A stretch of 64,000 bases of DNA from an uncultured Desulfospira sp. (GTDB taxonomy: Bacteria; Desulfobacterota; Desulfobacteria; Desulfobacterales; Desulfobacteraceae). Location of the stretch: contig OY760175.1 in the NCBI GenBank assembly GCA_963663165.1, positions 6,432,001 to 6,496,000 of the forward strand, written 5' to 3'. This document shows, piece after piece, positions 40,034-49,952 of this stretch. The number at the start of each line of letters is the position of its first letter. Position 1 is the first letter of the stretch. The translations under genes were made by a program, and so were the position numbers. The notes under the pieces are model-generated. The model saw nothing but the letters and a program-made list of their open reading frames with translations, was not told the origin of the DNA and did no database searches.

Positions 40034-41029
40034 ATGTTCAGGTTTGCCTCTCCATGGTTTCTGATATTAATTTTGCCGGTGCTGGGAATTCTGGTTTACC
40101 GCAAATTTACCGCCCAAAAGGCCGTGGTCCGGACCGCCGGGCTGTACGGGCTTTCACATCTTTCTCCCGGGATCGGGGTGCGGCTTTCCACCTTGATGCC
40201 CTTTCTTAAGGCGGCGGCCCTTTGCCTGATGATCCTGGCCCTGGCAAGGCCCCAGGCCGGAGAACAAAAAAGCAATGTCATGACCGAAGGGGTGAACGTG
40301 ATCCTGGCTTTGGATTTATCCGAGTCCATGAATGCCCTGGATTTTAAACTCAAGGGCAACATCGTGAACCGGCTTGAAGCGGTTAAATCCGTGGTTTCCG
40401 ACTTTATCATGAAGCGGGACGGTGACCGGATCGGCCTGGTGGTCTTTGGCTCCAACGCCTTTACCCAGCTTCCCTTAACCCGGGACTACAACACCATCTC
40501 CTTTATGCTGGACCGGCTTGAAATCGGGGCGGCAGGCCCCAAAACCGCCATTGGGGATGCCCTGGGGATTGCCTTAAAACGGATTGCCGATATCCCGTCC
40601 AAGTCCAACATTATTATTCTGCTCACGGACGGGGAATCCAATGCCGGCGAACTGTCCTGGCAGGACGCCGCTGATATTGCCGCACAAAAAAAGGTCAAGG
40701 TGTACACCATCGGGGTGGGGTCTGAAGGGGAGGCTCCCTTTCTGGTGGACGGGCTGTTTGGCAAACGGTATGTTTACCACAAGGTGAATGTGGACTTAGA
40801 GGCTTTAAAAGAAATTGCCCAAAAAACCGGGGCCAGTTTTTTCAAGGCCGAAGACACCCAATCATTGGAAAACATTTACACCATGATCGACTCCCTTGAA
40901 AAAACAAAGGTTGAAGTGGAAAAATGGGTGGAATACAAAGAATTATACCCAGGGGTTCTGCTGGCCGGGCTGCTGCTGTTCCTGGCCCATATGGGGCTTA
41001 GCCGGACCTGGTTGATGAGAATACCTTGA
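40034..41029 (+). CDS. batA: vWA-domain protein BatA
   Basis: FASPWFL, ALARPQ, MIDAS DLSESM, PLTRDY, LLTDGE. Confidence 0.9.
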   Translation: MFRFASPWFLILILPVLGILVYRKFTAQKAVVRTAGLYGLSHLSPGIGVRLSTLMPFLKAAALCLMILALARPQAGEQKSNVMTEGVNVILALDLSESMNALDFKLKGNIVNRLEAVKSVVSDFIMKRDGDRIGLVVFGSNAFTQLPLTRDYNTISFMLDRLEIGAAGPKTAIGDALGIALKRIADIPSKSNIIILLTDGESNAGELSWQDAADIAAQKKVKVYTIGVGSEGEAPFLVDGLFGKRYVYHKVNVDLEALKEIAQKTGASFFKAEDTQSLENIYTMIDSLEKTKVEVEKWVEYKELYPGVLLAGLLLFLAHMGLSRTWLMRIP

Positions 41030-41037
41030 TGGGTATA

Positions 41038-41200
41038 AGCTATTAGCCATTAGCCGTTAGCTATTAGCCAATGAAAAAGTGCTGACAGCTAAAGGCTAAA
41101 AGCTAAAAGACAAAAATCATTTGATGGTGCTTGGATCACACGTGAGTTTGGATGAAAAGTTGCTAACGGCTAACAGCTAAAAGCTAACAGCTAACAGCTA
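41038..41200. repeat. Heptamer repeats with inverted arms
   Basis: ttagcta/ttagccg units, then gctaaca/gctaaaa units. Confidence 0.75.
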
Positions 41201-41207
41201 AATAATT

Positions 41208-43127
41208 ATGAAATTTTCTAATCCTGACATACTATTCTGGCTGTGGGCCCTGGTGCCGGTGGCAGGCTTTCTGATCTACGGGATCAGGAGGCGGGAAAAA
41301 ATTCTGGCCAACTGGGCGGACCGGTCCATGATCAAAATCCTGGTGCCCGGGTATACGGTTAACCGGTATTGGGTCAAGGCGGTTTTGATTATCCTGGCCC
41401 TGGGGTTTGCCGTTTTTGCCCTGGCAGGGCCTAGGATGGGGTTTCACTGGGAAAAAACCACCCAGAAAGGGGTGGATATCATGATTGCCCTGGACTGTTC
41501 CCGGAGCATGCTGGCCCAGGATATCAAGCCCACCCGCCTGGAACGGGCCAAGCGGGAGATCATTGACCTGTTGCGGCTGATGCACTCGGACCGGGCAGGC
41601 CTGGTGGCCTTTGCCGGCCAGGCCATTCTCCAGTGCCCATTGACATTGGACCATGAGGCGTTTCATATCTTTTTGCGGGTTCTGGAGCCGGATTACCTGC
41701 CCGTGGGGGGCACCAACCTTCCGGCCGCCATTGAGGCCTGTTATTCGGGGTTTGAGGAAGAATCCACCACGGATAAGGCCATTATCCTGATCACGGACGG
41801 GGAAAATACGGCCGGCCCCGTGGATGAAGTGGTTGAACAGATGGCCAAACAGGGGGTCCGGATTTTCTGCATCGGGGTAGGGGCCAAAGAAGGCGCACCC
41901 GTGCCGGACCCCAACGGCGGGTTTAAAAAGGATGATGCCGGAAACATTATCCTGTCAAAGGTGGATGAAGCCGCTTTGGAAAAGATTGCTGCCCAGACCC
42001 GGGGCCGGTACGTCAGATCCGTGGCCGGGGACATGGACCTGGATTTGATTTATTCAAAAGATATGCTTAAAACCATGGAAAGAAAAAGCCTGGACCAGGG
42101 AAGAAAAAAGGTATGGGAACAGCGGTTCCAGTGGTTTTTGTTTCCCTGTGTGTTCTTATTGATTCTGGAGTTTTGGCTTGGCCCTGTGGACAGAAAGCGT
42201 AAAAACGGGAAATCCGTGCTGCCGGTATTGGCGGCCCTTGTCCTGGCATTGGGGGCTTTTTCGGGCAGGGCCCAGGCGGCCTCGCCGGTCCAGGAAGGGA
42301 TAAAGGCCTATGAAACCGGGGATTTTGCCAAGGCCCAGAAGAACTTTATTGATGCCCAGCTGAAAAATCCCGATGACCCCAGGCTGTATTACAACATTGG
42401 TACCGCCGCCTATATGAACCAGGAGTATGAACAGGCTGAAAAGAATTTTACCCAGGCGGCCGGGTCCACAGATCCGGAGCTTTCCCATAAGGCCCGGTTC
42501 AACCTGGCCAATACCCGGTTTAGAATGGGAAAACTCGACCAGGCCGCCCAAGGGTATGAAAAGATTTTAGAGTCTTTCCCTGAGGATCAGGAGGCCAAAG
42601 AAAATCTTGATTTTGTAAAGCAGAAGATTGAGGAGCAAAAACAGCAGCAGAATCAGTCCTGTGATAACCCCAACAAAGATAACCAGGACGATAAAAAGGA
42701 CCAGGATCAAAATCAAGATTCGCAAAATAAGGATCAGCAGGACCCGGACAAACAAAAACAGGATCAGCAGAACCAGGACCAGCAAAAACAAGATCAGGGT
42801 GGTGAGGACCAATCCGGTAAGAAAGGCCGGAACAAGGAAAATAACAGCCAGACCGGCCAGGATCAGCAGAAAAAAGAACAACCCCAGGGACAGCCTGAAC
42901 CGTCACCGCCTGAACCCAGACAAGATGAAAGCAGCGCTGCCGCCGGTGCCAAAGAAGACCAGAAACCAGGCGAACCGGATCAGCAGCAGGCAAAGACCGC
43001 TGCCGCCCAGGCCGATCCTTCGGACAAAACCCTGGAAAATAAGCTGAACCGGCTTGAGGATAAGCCCGGCATGGCGCTGATGCCCATGGTTCAGCAGGGG
43101 ACCGGACGGGTTAAAAAAGACTGGTAA
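41208..43127 (+). CDS. BatB/BatC-like fusion (vWA, TPR, Q/D/K-rich linker)
   Basis: DCSRSM, PTRLERAK, ITDGE, TPRs, low-complexity tract, terminal KKDW. Confidence 0.88.
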   Translation: MKFSNPDILFWLWALVPVAGFLIYGIRRREKILANWADRSMIKILVPGYTVNRYWVKAVLIILALGFAVFALAGPRMGFHWEKTTQKGVDIMIALDCSRSMLAQDIKPTRLERAKREIIDLLRLMHSDRAGLVAFAGQAILQCPLTLDHEAFHIFLRVLEPDYLPVGGTNLPAAIEACYSGFEEESTTDKAIILITDGENTAGPVDEVVEQMAKQGVRIFCIGVGAKEGAPVPDPNGGFKKDDAGNIILSKVDEAALEKIAAQTRGRYVRSVAGDMDLDLIYSKDMLKTMERKSLDQGRKKVWEQRFQWFLFPCVFLLILEFWLGPVDRKRKNGKSVLPVLAALVLALGAFSGRAQAASPVQEGIKAYETGDFAKAQKNFIDAQLKNPDDPRLYYNIGTAAYMNQEYEQAEKNFTQAAGSTDPELSHKARFNLANTRFRMGKLDQAAQGYEKILESFPEDQEAKENLDFVKQKIEEQKQQQNQSCDNPNKDNQDDKKDQDQNQDSQNKDQQDPDKQKQDQQNQDQQKQDQGGEDQSGKKGRNKENNSQTGQDQQKKEQPQGQPEPSPPEPRQDESSAAAGAKEDQKPGEPDQQQAKTAAAQADPSDKTLENKLNRLEDKPGMALMPMVQQGTGRVKKDW

Positions 43128-43211
43128 AGAAAGGAGACCGGAGACCGGAAACGGGAGACCGGAAATGAGATCCTGGGATTTTTTCAGGGGTCGGGGATTG
43201 ATACATATCAT

Positions 43212-45722
43212 ATGAAACCAACGAGATATTTTTTTATTGTTTTGTGGGTGATCCTGGTGCTTCCGGCGGCGGGGCTGGCAGATTCCGAGTTCCAGGCCTC
43301 GGCCAGGGTGGATAAGACCCGGATGACCCTTGAGGATACCCTTACCCTTCAGATCGTTTCCCAGGGGGGCAAAGCCGATGTGGACCTGTCTGCCATAACG
43401 GATTTCAAGGTGGTCTCTTCGGGCACCTCCACCAGCATGAGTTATACCAACGGGGTCAGCGAGTACAAGGTGACCTACCAGTACAGCCTGATCCCCCTTA
43501 AAAAAGGGGACCTGGTGGTCCCCGGGCTTAATGTCTCCCACAAGGGCAAGACCGTTAAAACGGACAGCATCCGGGTCAAGGTCATGGACACCCCTGCCCC
43601 TGAAACCGGGGATGCCAAATTTTTTGCCAAGGCCCAGGTCAGCCGTCCTGACCCGGTCAGAGGAGAGCAGATCCTGTATACTTTTCAGCTGTTTCAGGCA
43701 GAACGGTTTTCCCGGGCCAGCCTGGAGACACCGGAGTTTGAAGGGTTCTCCGTAACTGAAATCAAGGACCGGAAAAATTATGAGCGGGTGATCAACGGCA
43801 GGGCCTATGCGGTTACTGAGATTCGATACCTGCTGACCCCGGAACAGCAAGGGGCGATCACCATCGGCCCCGGCGTGGTCACGGCCCAAGTGGTGGTCAA
43901 GTCCGGCAGAGACCCCTTTGATTCCATGTTCAATGACCGGTTTTTCAACCGTTCCTTTTTTTCCACAGGCCAGACCAAGACCCTGCGCATTGCCTCCAAT
44001 CCCGTCACGGTTACGGTAAGGGCCCTGCCGGCCTACACGGGAACAGGAACCTTTTCCGGGCTGGTGGGCCGGTTCACCTTAGATGCCGGCCTTGACAAAC
44101 AGCACCTGGCCAAAGGCGAGTCCGCCACCCTCACCGTCACCATCCAGGGGACCGGCAATATCATGGATGCCGGTTTCCCGGAATTTGACCTGGACGGCAC
44201 CCTGTTCAAGGTCTATGAAGACGCCCCGGTGGAAGAGATCGCCCCGGGGGAGCAGGGCATGACGGGGAAAAAGGTCTTTAAGCGGGCACTGGTTCCCTTA
44301 AAGGCCGGCCCAATGAAGATTCCCTCCCTTTCCCTGGTCTATTTTGATGTGGACCAGAACCAGTATAAAGAACTTGGCTCCACCCCCCTGGCACTTGAGG
44401 TGGAAAAGGGCCAGGAGCAACCGGTGGTTTCTTCTCAAGCACATGAGGCAGCACAACAGCCCGCTGTCCGGAAAAAAGATGTGGTCCTGGTGAACAAGGA
44501 TATTCTGGACATCCGCGAGGACTTGTCGGCCCTGTCCCATCAGGGCCGCCTGGGCTTTGCCTGGTTTCTGGTCCTGGTGGCGGCCCCGGGCCTGGCATTT
44601 TCCACGGCCCTTCTGGTGTTCCGGGTGATGAAGCGGGAAAAGTCCGTATCGGCCCTGATGGCGCAAAAGGCCAGAGCCCATCTTAAAGCGGCGTCAAAGG
44701 GGGGGGGGACAAACCAAGAGGCCCTGGGCCAGGTTCATTCCGCCCTGATCGCCGCCGTATTGTCCAGGGCCGGCAAAAAAGGGGAAAGCATTACCCTGGC
44801 CGAAGCCGAACAGATACTGGCACAGACCGGGGCCTCCCCGGAAATGGTAGAAGAGGTAAGGCAAATGTTTGAAACCCTTGAAGGGGCCAGATTTGGCGGG
44901 CACCCCATTGACGGGGCACACCTGCTTAAGTTGCTTTCCGGGATCAGAAAAATCATCCAGCTGTCCCTTGTTTTTGCCGTGGTGCTGACCAGTCTTTATC
45001 CGGCCGGTGTCCGGGCCCAGGAGGGAACACCGACAGATCAAACCAGTTTAGGCCATCGGTTCATGGACGGGATCACGGCCTACAAACAAGGCGATTATGA
45101 TACCGCGGCAACCGATTTTGAGGCCATTGCCGCATCCGGTGTTGTCAATGCCGACCTGTATTACAATCTCGGGAACGCCTACCTTAAGGCCGGAGACCTT
45201 GGAAGGGCCGTGCTATGGTATGAACGGGCCGGAAAATTGTCTCCCGGTGACCCGGATATTGCTTTTAATCTGGGCCATGCCCAAAGCCTGGTGGCCGATA
45301 AAATCGAGTCCTCCTTTTCCCTTGGCGATGTGCTGTTCTTCTGGCAGGGGGTGATCCCGTTAAAGTGGATTCAGGCCGGGGCAGTGGCCGGGTCCTGTCT
45401 GTTCTTTTTGTGGGCCGGGGTCCGAAGGTTCCGGGGCAGAAAAATTCTTTCCGGCCGCGGGCTGCTGCTCATTTTTATCCCTATTTTCTTGACAATGGCG
45501 GCCGGGCTTGAGTATTACTCTGACAACCTGGTTTTTCACGCGGTTGTTGTTCAGGACGTGGCCCCGGTCCGATCGGGCACCACCCCCTCTTCCACACGAT
45601 TGTTTGACCTTCATGCCGGGACCAAAGTCCGGGTTGAGGAGCGCAGACAAGGCTACCTGAAAATCATGTTGACCAAAGAAAAAGTCGGCTGGATAAAATC
45701 AGGAGATGCAATCGTCATTTGA
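43212..45722 (+). CDS. batD: BatD-like protein fused to a BatE-like TPR/SH3 region
   Basis: Signal peptide, BatD repeats, YYNLGNAY...YERA, LHAGTKV...GWI. Confidence 0.85.
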   Translation: MKPTRYFFIVLWVILVLPAAGLADSEFQASARVDKTRMTLEDTLTLQIVSQGGKADVDLSAITDFKVVSSGTSTSMSYTNGVSEYKVTYQYSLIPLKKGDLVVPGLNVSHKGKTVKTDSIRVKVMDTPAPETGDAKFFAKAQVSRPDPVRGEQILYTFQLFQAERFSRASLETPEFEGFSVTEIKDRKNYERVINGRAYAVTEIRYLLTPEQQGAITIGPGVVTAQVVVKSGRDPFDSMFNDRFFNRSFFSTGQTKTLRIASNPVTVTVRALPAYTGTGTFSGLVGRFTLDAGLDKQHLAKGESATLTVTIQGTGNIMDAGFPEFDLDGTLFKVYEDAPVEEIAPGEQGMTGKKVFKRALVPLKAGPMKIPSLSLVYFDVDQNQYKELGSTPLALEVEKGQEQPVVSSQAHEAAQQPAVRKKDVVLVNKDILDIREDLSALSHQGRLGFAWFLVLVAAPGLAFSTALLVFRVMKREKSVSALMAQKARAHLKAASKGGGTNQEALGQVHSALIAAVLSRAGKKGESITLAEAEQILAQTGASPEMVEEVRQMFETLEGARFGGHPIDGAHLLKLLSGIRKIIQLSLVFAVVLTSLYPAGVRAQEGTPTDQTSLGHRFMDGITAYKQGDYDTAATDFEAIAASGVVNADLYYNLGNAYLKAGDLGRAVLWYERAGKLSPGDPDIAFNLGHAQSLVADKIESSFSLGDVLFFWQGVIPLKWIQAGAVAGSCLFFLWAGVRRFRGRKILSGRGLLLIFIPIFLTMAAGLEYYSDNLVFHAVVVQDVAPVRSGTTPSSTRLFDLHAGTKVRVEERRQGYLKIMLTKEKVGWIKSGDAIVI

Positions 45723-45803
45723 AGCTGTTAGCTATTAGCCTTTAGCGGTTAGCTTAAGGGAAATGGCCAACAGCTAACTGCTAATAGCTAACAGCTAATA
45801 GCT
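45723..45803. repeat. Heptamer repeats with inverted arms
   Basis: agctgtt/agctatt units pair with aacagct/aatagct units. Confidence 0.75.
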
Positions 45804-45819
45804 AAAAAAGGAGGACGTT

Positions 45820-46368
45820 ATGGGAAAAAGCGTGTTGGTACCGGTGGCACAGGGGATTGAAGAAATGGAGGCCATCACCATTATTGATGTGTTGAGACGG
45901 GCCGGGGTGCTGGTGACGGTGGCCTCGGTGGACAGCCTTGAGATCAAGGCCTCAAAGGGGATCACCTTTATGGCCGATGCCCTGATCAAAGACTGCATGG
46001 ACAAAGAATACGATCTGATTGTGCTTCCCGGGGGGATCCCCGGGGCCATGAACCTTAAGGAATCTGAGGACCTGGCCACCCTGCTGAAACGGCAGGCGGA
46101 AAATCAAAAATACTATGGCGCCATTTGCGCCTCACCGGCCGTGGTCCTCCATCATCACGGCCTGGTCCGTCCCGGACAGGTAACCTGCCATCCCGGGTTT
46201 GCGGGAGAAATTGATAACGGCAATGTCCAGGACAAGAAAGTGGTGAAGGACGGCAAGTGTATTACCAGCAGGGGGGGCGGGACAGCCCTGGATTTTGCCC
46301 TGGAGCTGGTTTCCCTGCTTTGTTCGCCCGAGGAGCTGGAAGGTGTTAAGAAAGGCCTGGCCCTTTAG
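45820..46368 (+). CDS. DJ-1/ThiJ (YajL-like) glyoxalase family protein
   Basis: GIEEMEA, DVLRRAG, LPGGIPGA, AICASP, ITSRGGGT. Confidence 0.93.
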   Translation: MGKSVLVPVAQGIEEMEAITIIDVLRRAGVLVTVASVDSLEIKASKGITFMADALIKDCMDKEYDLIVLPGGIPGAMNLKESEDLATLLKRQAENQKYYGAICASPAVVLHHHGLVRPGQVTCHPGFAGEIDNGNVQDKKVVKDGKCITSRGGGTALDFALELVSLLCSPEELEGVKKGLAL

Positions 46369-46438
46369 CAAACCGTCCAAGCATGGGGCTTTTGGGTTAA
46401 GTAATGAATAACAAATTAAACAGTACGGGATATATATA

Positions 46439-47461
46439 ATGACGGAACAAACTAAAATCGGGGTTGTGGGGGCCGGTTCCTGGGGAACGGCTCTGGCCAA
46501 ACTGTTGGCGGATAAAGGATTTTCACTGGATTTGTGGGTGTTTGAACCTGAAATCAGGGAGCAGATCGAACAGTCCAGGGAAAATAAGATATTTCTCCCC
46601 GGTTTTAAACTGTCTGACAATATTCATCCCTCCAATGACCTTAAAACAGTGGTCCGGGACAAAGACCTGCTGCTGTTGGTGGTCCCTTCCCATTTTATGC
46701 GGCAGGTGTCCGAAAAGATCCGCGAGTTCATCAAGCCGGATACAGTTCTGGTCAGCGCTTCCAAGGGAATTGAAAACGAAACCTACCTGACCATGACCCA
46801 GATCCTTGAACAGACCATTCCCGGGCTGCCCAAGGGGCATTATGCCGTTCTTTCCGGACCCAGCTTTGCCAAGGAGGTGGCCGCCGGTGTGCCCACGGTG
46901 GTGGCGGCAGCGTCCCTGGACCGGAAGACCGCCGAGTTCATCCAGACCGTATTTTCATGCCCCAAGTTCAGGGTGTATGTCAACGATGACCCCATCGGAA
47001 CCCAGATCGGCGGGGCCGTGAAAAACGTTCTGGCCATTGCCGCCGGAATATGTGACGGGGTGGGAATGGGGCTCAATCCCCGGGCCGCCCTGATTACCCG
47101 GGGGTTAGGGGAAATGAACCGACTCGGCACCCGGATGGGCGCCAATCCCCTGACCCTTCTCGGCCTTGCCGGGGTCGGTGACCTGATGCTGACCGCCACC
47201 GGGAATTTAAGCCGAAATTACACCCTGGGCATACAGATCGGCCAGGGCAAAAAGCTTGATGACATTATTTCAGAAACCCGGATGGTGGCCGAAGGGGTCA
47301 AAACCACCCGTTCGGTTTACAACCTGGCCAGAAAGCTGTCCGTGGACCTGCCCATCTGCAACGAGGTTTACCGGGCATTGTTTGAAGGCCTGTCCGTGGA
47401 CGAGACCGTTGACCGGCTCATGAACCGCTCCCTTAAGCATGAGCTAGACGGGGTGGTTTAG
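46439..47461 (+). CDS. gpsA: NAD(P)H-dependent glycerol-3-phosphate dehydrogenase
   Basis: GAGSWGTALA, SKGIE, LSGPSFA, KNVLAIAAG, GDLMLT, SRN, AEGV. Confidence 0.97.
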   Translation: MTEQTKIGVVGAGSWGTALAKLLADKGFSLDLWVFEPEIREQIEQSRENKIFLPGFKLSDNIHPSNDLKTVVRDKDLLLLVVPSHFMRQVSEKIREFIKPDTVLVSASKGIENETYLTMTQILEQTIPGLPKGHYAVLSGPSFAKEVAAGVPTVVAAASLDRKTAEFIQTVFSCPKFRVYVNDDPIGTQIGGAVKNVLAIAAGICDGVGMGLNPRAALITRGLGEMNRLGTRMGANPLTLLGLAGVGDLMLTATGNLSRNYTLGIQIGQGKKLDDIISETRMVAEGVKTTRSVYNLARKLSVDLPICNEVYRALFEGLSVDETVDRLMNRSLKHELDGVV

Positions 47462-47537
47462 CAAGAAACTGGAGACTGGAAGACCGGAAGACAAATTCGA
47501 ACAAGAGCAACATTGGGCGCAAAAGACAGAAAGACAG

Positions 47538-47595
47538 CCCGGTAGGAGCGGGCCATGCCCGCGAATCGTGGGTATGGCCCGCTCCTTCTACCGGG
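47538..47595. repeat. GTAG-type REP doublet hairpin
   Basis: cccgGTAGgagcgggccatgcccgcga-a-tcgtgggtatggcccgctcc(tt)ctaccggg. Confidence 0.7.
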
Positions 47596-47694
47596 TAACG
47601 CGACGGATCGCCACCCCCGGTTTTCTGTGTTTAGTTTTAAAAACAATTCGTTATATGGTGTGAAAATTTTTTCCTGAAAAGCGTTTAAATTCTG

Positions 47695-47740
47695 TTTTAA
47701 TCAAAATTTAACATAATTCTCATTATTCCATGCCTATGAT
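47695..47740 (+). promoter_or_regulatory. Pho-box-like promoter of the EAL-CBS-GGDEF gene
   Basis: TTAAT (47697), TTAAC (47708), CTCAT (47719) at 11-bp spacing, then -10 TATGAT at 47735. Confidence 0.5.
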
Positions 47741-47802
47741 CATCCCCTTGATGTGCAATAACAAAAGTGGATACTGATCAGGTTATTGCCTGTCCGAAAC
47801 CC

Positions 47803-47927
47803 GTGTTTGGACGAAAAGTTGGCCAGATGCAAGGCGCACAAAAAATGGCAACCGGAGCAACCTTCTGGTTGTGAGGATTGCCATTTTTTGTGCAACGCAG
47901 CAGATGGGTGACTTTTCGTTCAAACAC
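47803..47927. repeat. 125-bp imperfect palindrome (MITE-like)
   Basis: gtgtttggacgaaaagt/acttttcgttcaaacac, gcacaaaaaatggcaa/ttgccattttttgtgc, caacc/ggttg. Confidence 0.75.
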
Positions 47928-47945
47928 AAACCAAAAAGGCCTGTT

Positions 47946-49760
47946 ATGAGTGAGATAATCGACCCCCAGCTGCTGGGAAGGCTGTCGGAACTGGATTTTG
48001 CCTTCCAGCCTATTGTCAATATATACACGGGAAACACCTTTGGCTTTGAAGCATTGCTCAGGCGATATGAGGAAGCCGGCTTCTCCTCCATCCAGGAGGT
48101 CTTTGACCATGCCTACCACAGGGGGATTCTCCATCAGGTGGATATCCTGCTCCGGCAAAAGGCATTTCTTAAATTTTCACGGTTTAACAGCGGCAAGAGT
48201 ATTAAGCTGTTCTATAACCTGGACAACCGGCTGTTTGACTCAAAGGATTATTCGTTAAACAATTCCGGTTCTCTGGACATGGAGACCTTTGGTCTTTCCA
48301 GAGACGAGATCTGTTTTGAAATTTCTGAGAAACACCGGTTCAACTATGACCCGGAAGTTGAAAAGCTGTTGGGTTTTTACCGGTCCCAGGGATATAAAAT
48401 TGCCGTGGACGATTGCGGGACGGGGTTTTCCGGGCTTCAGCTGCTGTATTATGCCGAACCGGATTACATCAAAATCGACCGGTTTTTCATCCAGAACATG
48501 GAAAACGACCCCAAAAAACGGCTGGTGGTATCCACCCTGGTCAACTTTGCCCGGTTCATGGGAAGCCTGGTCCTGGCCGAGGGGGTAGAGACCCGGGACG
48601 AGTATTCGCTGTGCAAGAAAATCGGGTGTGATATGATCCAGGGCTTTTTTATCCAGCGCCCCACCGTTGACACGGATCAGCTCAAAACCCGTTATGAAGC
48701 CATTGCAGACCTTTCCAGGGCTGAACGGCGGGAAGGCTTGTCCAAAGACCGGGCCTTGATCGCCAATGAGATCAAATACATTAAACCGGTTTTCTCAGAC
48801 TGTGATGCCATTACCATGTTTGATAAATTCCGAGGGGATGAAACCGCATCCTTTTTCCCGGTAATCACCCGGAGTGAAGAACCGGTCGGCGTCTTAAGGG
48901 ATACGGCCTTTAAAGAGTATATTTTTTCCAAGTTCGGCCGGCAGCTTCTGGAAAACCCTTCATTCGGCAAAGATATCTCCAAATTTATCGCCAAAATCCC
49001 CATTGCCGATATCCATTCCTCCATTGAGAAACTCATTGAAACCTATATCCAGTTCAACAACAGTGAGGGAATGCTCATGGTGGATGACATGAAATACGTC
49101 GGGATCTTAAGCACCAACTCCCTTTTAAAGATCATCAATGAAAAGAACATCACCCAGGCCAGGAACCAGAATCCCTTAACCAAACTGCCCGGCAACACCA
49201 TGATCCACGAATATTTCAGCGAGTGCCTGGCCGACACCGCGGCCACCTATCACCTGGTCTATTTTGATTTTGACAACTTCAAACCCTACAACGACAAATA
49301 CGGGTTCAGAAACGGGGACCGGCTCATTCTCATGTTTGCCGACCTGATCAAAAAGGCCGGTTTTTCAGACAGCCGGTTTGTGGGGCACATCGGCGGGGAT
49401 GATTTTTTCATGGGGATCAAGAGCGGTGTGATGGAAGAAGTGGAAGAAGAGATGAGACAGCTTGCCATGTGCTTTAAGGAAAACGCCCAAAGCTTTTATG
49501 ACGCCCAGACCCTGGAAAACGGCTTTATGGTGGCCAGGGACCGTGACAACGTGGAACGGAAAATGCCCCTGATCACGGTTTCCACGGCCATCCTGGAACT
49601 GCCCCGCAACCAGGGCCGGAACCACAGCATCGAAGATGCCGGCAACTTTATCAGCCAGTTAAAAAAAGAGGCCAAAAAATCAGACACCGGCATTGCCTCC
49701 GCCGCCATCACGGAATTTACCCCCATTGATCATTCCGGCCTGGTGACCGTGCCGCTTTGA
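47946..49760 (+). CDS. EAL-CBS-GGDEF c-di-GMP phosphodiesterase/cyclase
   Basis: AFQPIV, FEALLR, EISE, DDCGTGFS, IKIDR, AEGVET, QG; NPLTKLPGN, DFDNFKPYNDKYG, GHIGGDDF. Confidence 0.93.
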   Translation: MSEIIDPQLLGRLSELDFAFQPIVNIYTGNTFGFEALLRRYEEAGFSSIQEVFDHAYHRGILHQVDILLRQKAFLKFSRFNSGKSIKLFYNLDNRLFDSKDYSLNNSGSLDMETFGLSRDEICFEISEKHRFNYDPEVEKLLGFYRSQGYKIAVDDCGTGFSGLQLLYYAEPDYIKIDRFFIQNMENDPKKRLVVSTLVNFARFMGSLVLAEGVETRDEYSLCKKIGCDMIQGFFIQRPTVDTDQLKTRYEAIADLSRAERREGLSKDRALIANEIKYIKPVFSDCDAITMFDKFRGDETASFFPVITRSEEPVGVLRDTAFKEYIFSKFGRQLLENPSFGKDISKFIAKIPIADIHSSIEKLIETYIQFNNSEGMLMVDDMKYVGILSTNSLLKIINEKNITQARNQNPLTKLPGNTMIHEYFSECLADTAATYHLVYFDFDNFKPYNDKYGFRNGDRLILMFADLIKKAGFSDSRFVGHIGGDDFFMGIKSGVMEEVEEEMRQLAMCFKENAQSFYDAQTLENGFMVARDRDNVERKMPLITVSTAILELPRNQGRNHSIEDAGNFISQLKKEAKKSDTGIASAAITEFTPIDHSGLVTVPL

Positions 49761-49912
49761 TAAGCGGTTTTTGCCAACGCAAATTCAAGTCAGATTCCGG
49801 GAGCCGAAACAGTATCAAATTGATTAACCGGACACCCAGTGCCGATATCCATTCTTCAGCGGGTCCCCAGCGTCAAGCTGTAAAAATTCGTTGACGTAAT
49901 CGTATAAAAATA

Positions 49913-49951
49913 CTATGTCCAAATTAAAATACAACTTTAATTTGGACATAG
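49913..49951. promoter_or_regulatory. Perfect 16-bp inverted repeat at the start of the AAA/DUF4143 gene (putative operator)
   Basis: ctatgtccaaattaaa-N7-tttaatttggacatag, ending 1 nt before ATG 49953. Confidence 0.6.
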
Positions 49952-49952
49952 C

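Noticed and set aside
37492..45722. moxR/bat operon as a novel system
   Set aside because: Well-known conserved gene set; the fusions and Q/D/K linker are ordinary.
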